64,000 nucleotides of DNA. It comes from an uncultured delta proteobacterium (GTDB lineage: Bacteria > Myxococcota_A > Polyangia > Polyangiales > Polyangiaceae). Positions within the stretch are counted from its first letter, which is position 1. Every line of letters starts with the position of its first letter. A model generated the notes under the pieces. That model searched no databases and had not been told where the DNA came from. It saw only the letters and a list, made by a program, of their open reading frames with translations. Shown here in pieces: positions 29,085-38,276 of the stretch. Both the position numbers and the translations under genes were made by a program. The stretch spans positions 128,001 to 192,000 of the forward strand of contig CAVQUB010000007.1 of the NCBI GenBank assembly GCA_963716725.1, in the 5' to 3' direction.

Positions 29085-29465
29085 AGTACTCCATGAGTCG
29101 AGATCTGTGACCGGACTGGGAAGTCGGCCTTCGAGCCATTTCGCACAATCAGCCGGCGTGAACTCGGTGTCGGTTGACTCGATGACCCACGAAAGGAACT
29201 CAACGCCGCCGTTCATGTAGGGTGGTGGGGACACCGGCATGAACACTGTGGGAAGGCGCTCGTCAATCGACATGTAGTTGAGCACGTGGCCCAGTTCCTG
29301 GACAACTCGCCACGCGAGGCCGTGTGTCGTGTCGAGGGAGAACTTCACCCACCAGAGGCCACCATCAGATCCACACCCGATGGACCGACGCCCTGCCGGA
29401 AGCTCGATTGCAGGCAGCTGCTCAAGAAAACGCAGGAGCGGCTCGAACGATTCTTCCTCCCCCAA
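29079..29465 (-). CDS. Cassette-1 hypothetical protein (TTG start, or ATG 29495 inside attI)
   Basis: Globular-looking sequence ([30 protein letters not shown]); cassette ends GTTAGGC / GCCTAAC are complementary. Confidence 0.8.
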   Translation of the reverse strand: MGEEESFEPLLRFLEQLPAIELPAGRRSIGCGSDGGLWWVKFSLDTTHGLAWRVVQELGHVLNYMSIDERLPTVFMPVSPPPYMNGGVEFLSWVIESTDTEFTPADCAKWLEGRLPSPVTDLDSWSTA

Positions 29466-29482
29466 ATGACACCACCAAATCT

Positions 29483-29501
29483 GCCTAACCTCCATTCTAC
29501 C
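29483..29501 (-). mobile_element. Putative attI site
   Basis: GGTAGAA-TGGAG-GTTAGGC: core site, 5-bp spacer and degenerate L box, between the integrase 3' end and the first cassette. Confidence 0.7.
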
Positions 29502-29645
29502 TCGGACGCTTCCGCGAAGCACCGGGGCTCGGCTCGTGCCGTCCCCCATGATCTTCAGCGCTTGCGCCCGACGTGGCGCGTCCGGGGTCGCGTTATGCGG
29601 TTCCGCATAGCCTGATAGGTGGTGCCCGAGGGGGAGGTTGATTGC

Positions 29646-30248
29646 GAGCTGGTCGAGGGGGCTCCGAACGCCATGTCCGACGCGGTTCAGGACGTGCGTG
29701 TAGATCATGGTCGTGGTGACGTCCGCGTGGCCGAGCAGCTCTTGGATGGTACGGATGTCGTACCCGGCTTCGAGCAAGTGGGTGGCGAACGAGTGCCGGA
29801 GCGCGTGGCAGCTGGCCGGCTTGGGGAGGCCCGGGCCGGCTTCCAGTGCGGCCCGCCGTACCGCGCGTTGCAGCACAGTTTGGTGGGTGTGGTGGCGCCG
29901 GCGCTCGCCGGTGACGCGATCCCTGTAGTGACGTTCCGCGGGGAACACCCACTGCCACGCCCACTCACGCGGGGCATCCGGATACTTGCGCGCGAGCGCG
30001 TGAGGCAGCTCGACGCTGCCCACGCCGTTCCGCAAGTCGATGTCGTGCTGGGATCGGACGGTTGCGAGGTGACGCATCAGGGGCTCGAGCATCGAGGCGG
30101 GGAGTGGGGTCACGCGGTCCTTCTTCCCCTTCCCGCAGCGGACCGTGATCTCGTGGCGATGCAGGTCGATGTCCTCGACGCGCAAGCTCGCGCACTCCAT
30201 CAGGCGCAAGCCTCCGCAGGATGTCGGAGACGTGCCCGGCGAAAGCAA
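29646..30248 (-). pseudogene. intI: Integron integrase (tyrosine recombinase) lacking the N-terminal domain
   Basis: [14 protein letters not shown], integron-specific [59 protein letters not shown]. Confidence 0.93.
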
Positions 30249-30288
30249 TCTTCGTCGCCGGCGATCGCCACCCTGCCGCGCCCGCGGC

Positions 30289-31710
30289 TCAGGCGGCCTT
30301 CGCACCGGGAGCGTTGCGGAGCTCACCCAGGATGGCGTCAATGGTCTTCTTGGCGTCGCCGAAGAGCATCTGGGTGTGCTCTTTGAAGAAGAGCGGGTTC
30401 TCGACGCCCGCGTAGCCGCTGGCCATGCTCCGCTTCATCACCACGCAGGCCTTGGCCTTCCACACCTGGAGCACGGGCATGCCGTAGATGGGGCTCGACC
30501 GATCGTCGAGTGCGCCCGGGTTCACGATGTCGTTGGCTCCGATCACCAGCACCGCGTCGGTCTCGGGGAAGTCCTCGTTGATCTCGTCCATCTCGAGCAC
30601 GATGTCGTACGGGACCTTCGCTTCGGCCAAGAGCACGTTCATGTGGCCGGGAAGTCGGCCCGCGACCGGGTGAATCGCGAAGCGCACCTTCACGCCGCGC
30701 TCGCGCAAGAGGGCCGCCACCTCCCACAGCGGGTACTGCGCTTGGGCAACGGCCATGCCGTAGCCCGGCACGACCACCACGCTCTTGGCGTTGGCGAGCA
30801 GCGCTGCCGTGTCGGTCGCGGTGACGCTGACCACCTCGCCCTGGGGTTCGCCGGAGGTCTTGGCCGGGGCTGCGCCTTCTTCGGCGCCAAAGCCGCCGAA
30901 GATCACGCTGACGATGGATCGGTTCATCGCCTTGCACATGATGTAGCTGAGAATGGCGCCGCTCGATCCGACCAGCGCGCCAGTGATGATCAAGAGATCG
31001 TTGGCGAGCATGAAGCCCGCCGCGGCAGCCGCCCAGCCAGAGTAACTGTTGAGCATCGACACGACCACCGGCATGTCGGCGCCGCCGATGGCCATCACCA
31101 GGTGCACGCCGAGCACTCCGGCGATCGCCGTCATGATCAGCAGCGGCTGCAGGCCTCCGTGCTCCGGCGCCGAAAGGAACTGCGCTCCGAGCCAGAGGCA
31201 AGCCGCGACCATGGTGAGGTTCGCGAGGTGGCGTCCTGGGAGCAGCAGCGGCTTGCTGCGGATCAGACCTTGGAGCTTTCCGTAGGCGACGATTGAGCCG
31301 GTGAAGGTGATGGCGCCGATGAACACGCCGATGAACACCTCGATCTCGTGGATCACCGCCTCGGCGCCGCTCAGATCGGAGGGAGGCGCCAGGAAACTCG
31401 CGATGCCCACCAGCACCGCGGCCGCGCCCACGAAGCTGTGCAAGATGGCGACGAGCTGGGGCATGTTGGTCATGGCCACGCGCGCGGCGAGAAGCGCGCC
31501 GATCACTGCGCCGACGCCGATGGCGCCCGCCAAGACGGGGTAGCCGGTGACCGAGGGGTGCGCGGCGGTGGCGACCAGCGCGATGATCATGCCGACGATG
31601 CCGAAGACGTTGCCGCGTCCTGCGGATTGCTGCTTCGACAGCCCGCCGAGGCTCGAGATGAAGAGCACGCCGGCGACGAGGTACGCGATGTTCTGAAGGC
31701 TCTGCGGCAT
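30289..31710 (-). CDS. pntB: NAD(P) transhydrogenase beta subunit
   Basis: [50 protein letters not shown]. Confidence 0.98.
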   Translation of the reverse strand: MPQSLQNIAYLVAGVLFISSLGGLSKQQSAGRGNVFGIVGMIIALVATAAHPSVTGYPVLAGAIGVGAVIGALLAARVAMTNMPQLVAILHSFVGAAAVLVGIASFLAPPSDLSGAEAVIHEIEVFIGVFIGAITFTGSIVAYGKLQGLIRSKPLLLPGRHLANLTMVAACLWLGAQFLSAPEHGGLQPLLIMTAIAGVLGVHLVMAIGGADMPVVVSMLNSYSGWAAAAAGFMLANDLLIITGALVGSSGAILSYIMCKAMNRSIVSVIFGGFGAEEGAAPAKTSGEPQGEVVSVTATDTAALLANAKSVVVVPGYGMAVAQAQYPLWEVAALLRERGVKVRFAIHPVAGRLPGHMNVLLAEAKVPYDIVLEMDEINEDFPETDAVLVIGANDIVNPGALDDRSSPIYGMPVLQVWKAKACVVMKRSMASGYAGVENPLFFKEHTQMLFGDAKKTIDAILGELRNAPGAKAA

Positions 31711-31716
31711 GGTCGA

Positions 31717-33291
31717 TCACCTCTGGAACATGCGCAGCATGCGCTGCGTGACCAGGAAGCCTCCCGAGATATTGATGGTGGCGATCAGCACAGCGATGGC
31801 GCCGAGCGCTGTCACCGGGGCGGTGACGGGGCCGGAGACCTGAAGCATGCCGCCGATCAGGATGATGCCGCTGATGGCGTTGGTGACGCTCATCAGTGGC
31901 GTGTGCAGCGCGGGCGTGACGTTCCAGACCACCTGCCAACCGATGAAACAGGCCAGCACGAACACCGTGAAGTGCGCGAGGAAGCTGGGCGGTGCTACCA
32001 AGCCGAGGCCGACCAGCGCGGCGGCGATGATGGCCAGCGTGACGGCGCTGCCGACGCCAGACTTCTTGGGCGCGGCGCGCTCCTCGAGCTTCTTCGCCTC
32101 TGGCGGCGGGATGGTGCTGGGCGGGTTCTTGGGCCGGCTCTTGAGCTCGGGCTCCGGCTTCTTGGGCGGGGGCCACATGAGCTCGCCCTCGAGCAACACC
32201 AGAGATCCACGAATGACTTCGTCGTCCAGGTCCACGTGCCAGCTCTTGGCGCCGCCCATGTCCGCCAGCAGGTGCGTGAGGTTGGTGCCGTAGAGTTGGC
32301 TGGCGGTGGGCGCCAAGCGGCTCGGCAGATCGACGTAACCGATGATGGTGACGCCGCGGTGCACGATCACCTCGCCCGGGCGAGTGAGGCCGCAGTTGCC
32401 GCCGGCTTCCGCCGCGAGGTCCACGATCACCGAGCCCGATCGCATGCTCTCGACCATCGATTGCGTGATCAAGACGGGGGCGGGTCGACCCGGTATGAGC
32501 GCGGTCGTCACGATGATGTCCACATCGCGCGCTTGGGAGGCGAAGAGCGCCATCTCAGCCGCGATGAACGCGGGGCTCATTTCTTTGGAGTATCCGCCTT
32601 CGCCGGTGCCGTCTTCGAGCAGGGTCACTTCGAGGAAGTCGGCGCCCATGCTCTTGACCTGTTCCTTCGCCGCCGGGCGAGTGTCGAAGGCGCGCACGAT
32701 GGCGCCGAGGCCACGCGCGGCGCCGATGGCGGCCAGACCCGCCACGCCGGCGCCGATCACCAACACCTTGGCAGGCGGCACCTTGCCCGCGGCGGTCATC
32801 TGTCCGGTGAAGAAGCGCCCGAAGAAGCTCGCTGCCTCGATCACGGCGCGGTAGCCCGCGATGTTGGCCATCGACGAGAGCGCATCCATCTTTTGTGCGC
32901 GCGTCACTCGTGGCACCTGGTCGATGGCGAGCAACGTCGCGCCCTTGGACGCAATGTGCTCGATCAGCTGCTTGTTCTTGGCGGGCCAGATGAAGCTGAC
33001 GAGGGTTTGCTTCTCTTGGATCAGATCGGCCTCGTGGATGCCCAGATCCGGGTGCTCCTCGGGGGGCTGCACCTTCAGCACGATGTCGGCGCTCGCCCAC
33101 AGTTCGGTCACGTCGGTGACGATGCTGGCTCCGGCGGCCTGGTAGTCTTCGTCCGAGAACGACGCCTTCTCACCGGCGCCACTTTCGATCGCTACGTCGA
33201 AGCCGAGCTTCTTCAGCCGGGCGGTACTCTCCGGGGTCGCGGCGACGCGGCGCTCACCGGGACGCACCTCTCTAGGGATGGCCACTAACAT
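31717..33291 (-). CDS. pntA: NAD(P) transhydrogenase alpha subunit
   Basis: [45 protein letters not shown]. Confidence 0.98.
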   Translation of the reverse strand: MLVAIPREVRPGERRVAATPESTARLKKLGFDVAIESGAGEKASFSDEDYQAAGASIVTDVTELWASADIVLKVQPPEEHPDLGIHEADLIQEKQTLVSFIWPAKNKQLIEHIASKGATLLAIDQVPRVTRAQKMDALSSMANIAGYRAVIEAASFFGRFFTGQMTAAGKVPPAKVLVIGAGVAGLAAIGAARGLGAIVRAFDTRPAAKEQVKSMGADFLEVTLLEDGTGEGGYSKEMSPAFIAAEMALFASQARDVDIIVTTALIPGRPAPVLITQSMVESMRSGSVIVDLAAEAGGNCGLTRPGEVIVHRGVTIIGYVDLPSRLAPTASQLYGTNLTHLLADMGGAKSWHVDLDDEVIRGSLVLLEGELMWPPPKKPEPELKSRPKNPPSTIPPPEAKKLEERAAPKKSGVGSAVTLAIIAAALVGLGLVAPPSFLAHFTVFVLACFIGWQVVWNVTPALHTPLMSVTNAISGIILIGGMLQVSGPVTAPVTALGAIAVLIATINISGGFLVTQRMLRMFQR

Positions 33292-33524
33292 CTCGGTCTC
33301 CACGCGCCACCAGGGCGCGGCCAGGACGGATCAATTCGCCGACATGGGCGGAGGGGGGTCGTCCGGCCCGCCTTCCATACCGCAAACCGACGGCGTCGAC
33401 GCGAAGAAGTTGAGCGGAGCCGTCCCAGCGGGTTTGCGCGAGGAAAGCCCAGACGATCAGCCGCGAATTTTGCGCACTTTGCCCGTGCTACTTTGCATGT
33501 CGCGGGTCCCGCTTTGCGGGCCGA

Positions 33525-34523
33525 TTGGCGACAATGAGCACCACCGGTGAACGAGACGCGCCTCGATCCGCCGTCGGGAGCGCCGGGCGCCGGCTGATGC
33601 GCCGCTGGGCGGCAGCAGCTGCGGCGCTCGTGATGGTCTGCGCCGGCGCGGGCGCCGCGGGGGCAGAGCCGCTGCGCGAAGACTCGCGCGGCCTCTTGGC
33701 CGACGTCGAACGCATCGTCAGCGTCGAGCAGAGCCTCGGGTGGTTCGCCGATCGGCGCGCCTACGAGGAGGTGCTGCCGGCGTTGTTGCAGTCCCTGTGT
33801 CGTGCCGATCCCGCGGCGCGCATCGATGCGCGCTCCGAGCTGGTGCGTCGATCCCGTGAGCTCGGGAGTTCGCGGGAGCTCTTTCTGCGAGCGGGGCGCG
33901 AGCTCGACTCCAAGACCAAGGAGGCGCTGTTCGCGGAGCGTCAGCTGGGCGCCTTCGAGCACGCGATGGCGCGCGCAGCGGACGATTGCCCCTACTTCGT
34001 GGAACCCGAGCCGGACTTCATTGGGCGCCAGACGGATCGCAATCGCTTCACGCTGAGCCTCGAGACCGGCGGCATGCTGCAAATCCGCCGCACCGAGGGC
34101 GACTGGACCTTCGGCGGTGGCGGCACCGGACGCATCCTTCCAGGCTGGGGTTTCGGTGGCTCGATCACCCTCTTGGCTGGCGCGGAGTTCGGCGGCGGCG
34201 CGATGATTCGACCGAACGTGCAGCCCACGCAGCTCGCGATCAACTACTTCCCGGCCATCCCCCTGGTCGTGCGTTTTCACGACGTCTCGTGGCACTACGA
34301 CCTCGAAGTGGCGCCGGTGGCGCTGTTTCAAGCCGACGATCAGGACATGAGCTTTGGGCTGCGTGTGGGCGGGACCGTCGGCGTCGCAGCCCTGCGCACC
34401 CGCGGGTTCCTGCCCTGGGCAGGACTCGCCGTCGCCTACGAGCGCTACTTCGAGCGCGAGGGCCGCGCTTCGGCGGTGTTCCTGCGCGGAGGCTTGCGCA
34501 TCGGCGTGATGTGGGATCCCTGA
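33525..34523 (+). CDS. Hypothetical exported protein, beta-strand-rich C-terminus
   Basis: Signal-like hydrophobic stretch; GC3-biased codons; start uncertain. Confidence 0.65.
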   Translation: MATMSTTGERDAPRSAVGSAGRRLMRRWAAAAAALVMVCAGAGAAGAEPLREDSRGLLADVERIVSVEQSLGWFADRRAYEEVLPALLQSLCRADPAARIDARSELVRRSRELGSSRELFLRAGRELDSKTKEALFAERQLGAFEHAMARAADDCPYFVEPEPDFIGRQTDRNRFTLSLETGGMLQIRRTEGDWTFGGGGTGRILPGWGFGGSITLLAGAEFGGGAMIRPNVQPTQLAINYFPAIPLVVRFHDVSWHYDLEVAPVALFQADDQDMSFGLRVGGTVGVAALRTRGFLPWAGLAVAYERYFEREGRASAVFLRGGLRIGVMWDP

Positions 34524-34596
34524 GGCGCGTCTGACGCGTGGCGCCACGTCACTCGGCTTGCATGCGGCGCCCGGCTGACGCTTAGCTGCGCGCCGC

Positions 34597-35556
34597 ATGA
34601 CCGAATACGCCGCCACGCTCGAGAGCATCCGCGCCGCGCGGGAGACCATTGCTCCTCACGCCCATCGAACGCCCATCTTCACGTCGAGCGCCCTCGACCG
34701 CCTCGCCAGTCGGAAGCTGTTCTTCAAGTGCGAGAACCTGCAGCGCGTGGGCGCCTTCAAGTTTCGGGGCGCGCTCAACGCGGTCATGCGCCTCTCGGAA
34801 GATCAAGCGCGCCGCGGCGTCGTCACGCACTCGAGCGGGAACCACGCACAAGCGCTGGCGTTGGCCGCCAAACTTCGAGGGATCCCGGCTCACGTCGTGA
34901 TGCCGACCAACGCAACTCGAGTGAAAATCGACGCGGTCATCGGCTACGGAGCGCGGGTGGTTCCCTGCGAACCCACCCTCGCTGACCGCGAGCGCGTGGC
35001 GCAGCAAGTCGCGGAGGAGACCGGCGCCGCCATGATCCCTCCCTACGACCACCCGGACGTCATTTCGGGTCAGGGCACCATCGCGCTGGAGTTGCTGGAA
35101 CAAATCCCCGAGCTCGACGCGGTCGTCGCGCCGATTGGTGGCGGCGGGCTCATCAGCGGCATCGCCATCGCGATCAAGGCCCTGACGCCGGGGATCTCCG
35201 TCTTTGGCGCCGAGCCGGAGGGTGCCGACGACGCCGCGCGCAGCAAGGCCGCGCGCGAGCTCGTGCCACAGCTGAAGCCCAACACCATCGCGGATGGATT
35301 GCTCGCGGGACTCGGTCGCCACACCTGGCCCGTGATACGCGACGAGGTCGATCGCGTGATCACGGTCCCGGACGACGCCATCGTCGCGGCCATGCGCCTG
35401 ATGTTCGAGCGCATGAAGCTGGTCGTGGAGCCGAGCGGTGCCGTTTCGGCAGCGGCGGCGCTCTCGGATGTCTTCCGCGCGATGCCCGGCCTCGGACGGG
35501 TTGCGGTGGTCGTCTCGGGCGGCAACGTGGATCTCGGGAAGCTTCCGTTCCGCTGA
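34597..35556 (+). CDS. PLP-dependent serine/threonine dehydratase (serine racemase-like)
   Basis: FKCENLQRVGAFKFRGA, SSGNHAQ, PIGGGGL, EPSGA, SGGN. Confidence 0.93.
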   Translation: MTEYAATLESIRAARETIAPHAHRTPIFTSSALDRLASRKLFFKCENLQRVGAFKFRGALNAVMRLSEDQARRGVVTHSSGNHAQALALAAKLRGIPAHVVMPTNATRVKIDAVIGYGARVVPCEPTLADRERVAQQVAEETGAAMIPPYDHPDVISGQGTIALELLEQIPELDAVVAPIGGGGLISGIAIAIKALTPGISVFGAEPEGADDAARSKAARELVPQLKPNTIADGLLAGLGRHTWPVIRDEVDRVITVPDDAIVAAMRLMFERMKLVVEPSGAVSAAAALSDVFRAMPGLGRVAVVVSGGNVDLGKLPFR

Positions 35557-35566
35557 GCCCGCCGCC

Positions 35567-36754
35567 TCACTCCGGGATGGCCACGACCACGATCGTGTCG
35601 TTGTGGTAGCCGTCCAGGCGGTTCTGCGTGCTCGCAACCTCCCCGTAGCTCGAGAGCCCGGCCAGCGGAACGTCAGGGAAGACTACCTGAATTGCCCTGA
35701 TCTCTTCGGCGTAGCGCGCGCCGAGCGTCATGGCGCGGCAAACACACGAGAAGAGCAATACGCCGGCGGGCTGCACTCCCTTCAATGCGTCCTTGGCGTC
35801 TTCCGCGGCGGTGCGCGCCGCGGCGATCATTTCCTCCTCGGTGCCGCGAACGATGCATACCGTCGAGCTCTCGGGCACCTCTCCCGCCACGAACAGCGCG
35901 CCATCGGGCAAGACGCGCAGCGGCGCGCGGATTCGAACCAGCTCGTCGAACAGGAGCACGCCGAGCTCGTTTTCTACGAGAAATTGCGGCAGGTCCAGGG
36001 CGTCCCACTCGAGGCCCAGGGAGCTGGCGTACTCGCGGTACGCCTCCAGCGCCGGCCGGTGGTCGAGCTCCAGCACCACGTTGCCGCGGGCCTTGGTCAC
36101 CGTCATGTGCTTCGACGACGGCGTGAGACCATGAGCGACACCGACCCCCCACGGGCGCGATGACGAGATTTGCACGCAGGCGATCCCGCCCACGAACACC
36201 TCGCGGTTCAACCCCACCGCGGTGCTCGAGTATTTCCCGTCATCGCCCGCTCCGGCGCCCACGATGGGGTGGCGGTGGTGCGCGGTCGTACGCAACGCGG
36301 TCACCACCTGCTCGAGCTCCGGAGCGAGACCGTCGCCGAGCAGCAAGCACGCGGCGTGTCGTGCCGTCTCGGGGGAGTGTTCCAAGAAGTCTCCGGCGAG
36401 CTCCCGCGCCAAGGCTGTGGCGTCGGACAGCGGCGGACCTCGACCCACGGCCAGGTGCGAGGCCTCACCCCAGGAGCAGAGCATGATCGCCACGCCCCCC
36501 CGAGTCAGGCCGCGTTCGGTGATCTCTCCCGCCGTGGTGCAGCCCAGGACGTCCGCACGCGGCAGAGCACGTCGTGCCTCGCGCAGCACCTCGGCCAACG
36601 CATGCTGCGGCGACGCGAAGACGAAGCCGAGATCGACCCTCGAGCCTCGAAGCTGCGCGCGCGCCGCGGCGATGGCCGTGCTCACCGCCTTTGGTGTCAC
36701 GGTTTCGTCGCTCGCGCCGCTGCCGCAAGTGGTTCTTGGACGGTCTTTCGCCAA
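35567..36754 (-). CDS. Stand-alone FIST N/C domain protein
   Basis: GCTTAGEI, GAGAGDD, HG..P, NVVLELDHRPA, FSCVCR, SYGE; TTG start with GAGGAGG SD. Confidence 0.88.
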   Translation of the reverse strand: MAKDRPRTTCGSGASDETVTPKAVSTAIAAARAQLRGSRVDLGFVFASPQHALAEVLREARRALPRADVLGCTTAGEITERGLTRGGVAIMLCSWGEASHLAVGRGPPLSDATALARELAGDFLEHSPETARHAACLLLGDGLAPELEQVVTALRTTAHHRHPIVGAGAGDDGKYSSTAVGLNREVFVGGIACVQISSSRPWGVGVAHGLTPSSKHMTVTKARGNVVLELDHRPALEAYREYASSLGLEWDALDLPQFLVENELGVLLFDELVRIRAPLRVLPDGALFVAGEVPESSTVCIVRGTEEEMIAAARTAAEDAKDALKGVQPAGVLLFSCVCRAMTLGARYAEEIRAIQVVFPDVPLAGLSSYGEVASTQNRLDGYHNDTIVVVAIPE

Positions 36755-36857
36755 CGACCGCAGCCCTCCTCTCAGTCCGCGGAGAGCATATCGCTTGCGG
36801 CTCCGGGTACAAGGCTGCCGACTTGACGACCCGCCCGGGTAGCGCTGTCGTGCGCAG

Positions 36858-38276
36858 ATGTGGCGACGCTCACTGACTTCTTCGCTGTTGCTCCTCTCGT
36901 GCGCGACCGGCGCGCCTCCGCCGGCAGATCCCAGCGGGCCGCCCGCGCAGGACTCGCCGTACATGCAGGCCGGGGCGCCGGCGCCCACCGCCACCATCGT
37001 CGAGGTTCCCCCGCCGCTCGCCGAGGTCCCCAAGATCGATTCGGAGCCCGGCGTGCCCGTCGAGGTAACGAGCACTACGGGCTGGTCGACCTTCCACGGC
37101 AACAGCGCCCGGACCGGCTCGACGAACGCGCCGACGATCCGCGCTCCCAGCATCTCGTGGAAGGCCCAAGTCGGGATCTTCTCGTGGTTGAACTCGCCGC
37201 TCGCCCTCGGCAAATCCCTGGTCATCGCGCCAAGCTCGGGCACCGCGCACAACAAACCCGATCCCAAGGACGGCGTCTCGGCCTTCCACTTGGCGTCCGG
37301 TAAGCGCGCCTGGTTCGCGCATTTCGATGCTGACGCCAACGGTGTCGCTGCCAACTCGACCCACGTCTTCGCGACCTCGGACGACGAGCACCTTCATGCT
37401 CTCGAGATCAAGACCGGGAAGACCGCATGGAAGGTGCGCGGCACGGGCAAGATGTACACACACCCGTTGATCGTCGGCGATCGCGTGGTGGTCGGTGACG
37501 CTGGTGGATGGGTGTACGCCTTCAGCGTCGCCGACGGCAAACAGCGCTGGAAAGTCCAGCTCACCGGCGCCATCCGCGGCGGCGCGTCCAGCGACGGGGC
37601 TCACTTCTTCGTCGCCTCTCAAGGGGGCGACGTCGCCGCGCTGACCCTCGAGGGCAAGACCGTCTGGAAGAAGGCCGTGAAGCGTCCGGCGTGGAACAAC
37701 CAAGGGCCGGAGCAGTCCATTGAGGCCTATTCGCCGCCGATCGTCGGAAGAGCCGAGATTTATTTGCCCTTCGCTCGGGACACGTCCCACGCCGATCAGC
37801 CCGGCATCGTCGCCCTCGACAAGAAGACCGGCGCGCTGAAGTGGAGGGCAAAAGGCCCCGGCGATTGGGGCAACCTGCGCTCGACCCCGGTCCTCGTCGG
37901 CGAGACGCTCGTCTACGGCGAGCCCTACTCCGGCGACGTCGCCGCCATCGATGCCAAGACCGGACGCATGCAGTACCGAAGGGAAATCGGCGGCTGCTTC
38001 TTCCCGCAGTGGTCTTCGCCGGCGGCCGCGGGTGATCTCGTCTACCTGCCGCGCTTCGACGGCACGGTCTACGCGCTCGGCGCGTCGACGGGCAAGGTGA
38101 AGTGGGAGATCTTCCTCGGCGACTCGAAGCGTGCGGGGCAGGGCGCTGTGCCCAAAGCTACGACCTGCTCGTGGGAAAACCCCAACGGTGCCATCTACGC
38201 GCCCGCCGCTGTCGCCGAGGACGGCACGCTGCTCATCGGCACCGCCGAAGGCATGCTCTACGCCGTGACCGGTTGA
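36858..38276 (+). CDS. PQQ-like beta-propeller repeat lipoprotein
   Basis: Lipobox LLSC; W.TFHGN..RTG; repeated ALD..TG..KW. Confidence 0.88.
   Translation: MWRRSLTSSLLLLSCATGAPPPADPSGPPAQDSPYMQAGAPAPTATIVEVPPPLAEVPKIDSEPGVPVEVTSTTGWSTFHGNSARTGSTNAPTIRAPSISWKAQVGIFSWLNSPLALGKSLVIAPSSGTAHNKPDPKDGVSAFHLASGKRAWFAHFDADANGVAANSTHVFATSDDEHLHALEIKTGKTAWKVRGTGKMYTHPLIVGDRVVVGDAGGWVYAFSVADGKQRWKVQLTGAIRGGASSDGAHFFVASQGGDVAALTLEGKTVWKKAVKRPAWNNQGPEQSIEAYSPPIVGRAEIYLPFARDTSHADQPGIVALDKKTGALKWRAKGPGDWGNLRSTPVLVGETLVYGEPYSGDVAAIDAKTGRMQYRREIGGCFFPQWSSPAAAGDLVYLPRFDGTVYALGASTGKVKWEIFLGDSKRAGQGAVPKATTCSWENPNGAIYAPAAVAEDGTLLIGTAEGMLYAVTG

Larger units (their letters stand above)
19362..30248 (-). mobile_element. 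Chromosomal integron: intI remnant co-oriented with the array, putative attI, 11 attC sites or remnants
   Basis: IntI-specific motifs; repeated ..AAC/GTT.. imperfect inverted repeats separating short ORFs; several stop codons lie in the R'' TAAC; TA cassettes. Confidence 0.95.

Noticed and set aside
29079..30341. ORF-track 420-aa protein as a normal full-length integrase
   Set aside because: Its start lies inside pntB, the first 40 or so residues are not IntI-like, and the last third is cassette 1
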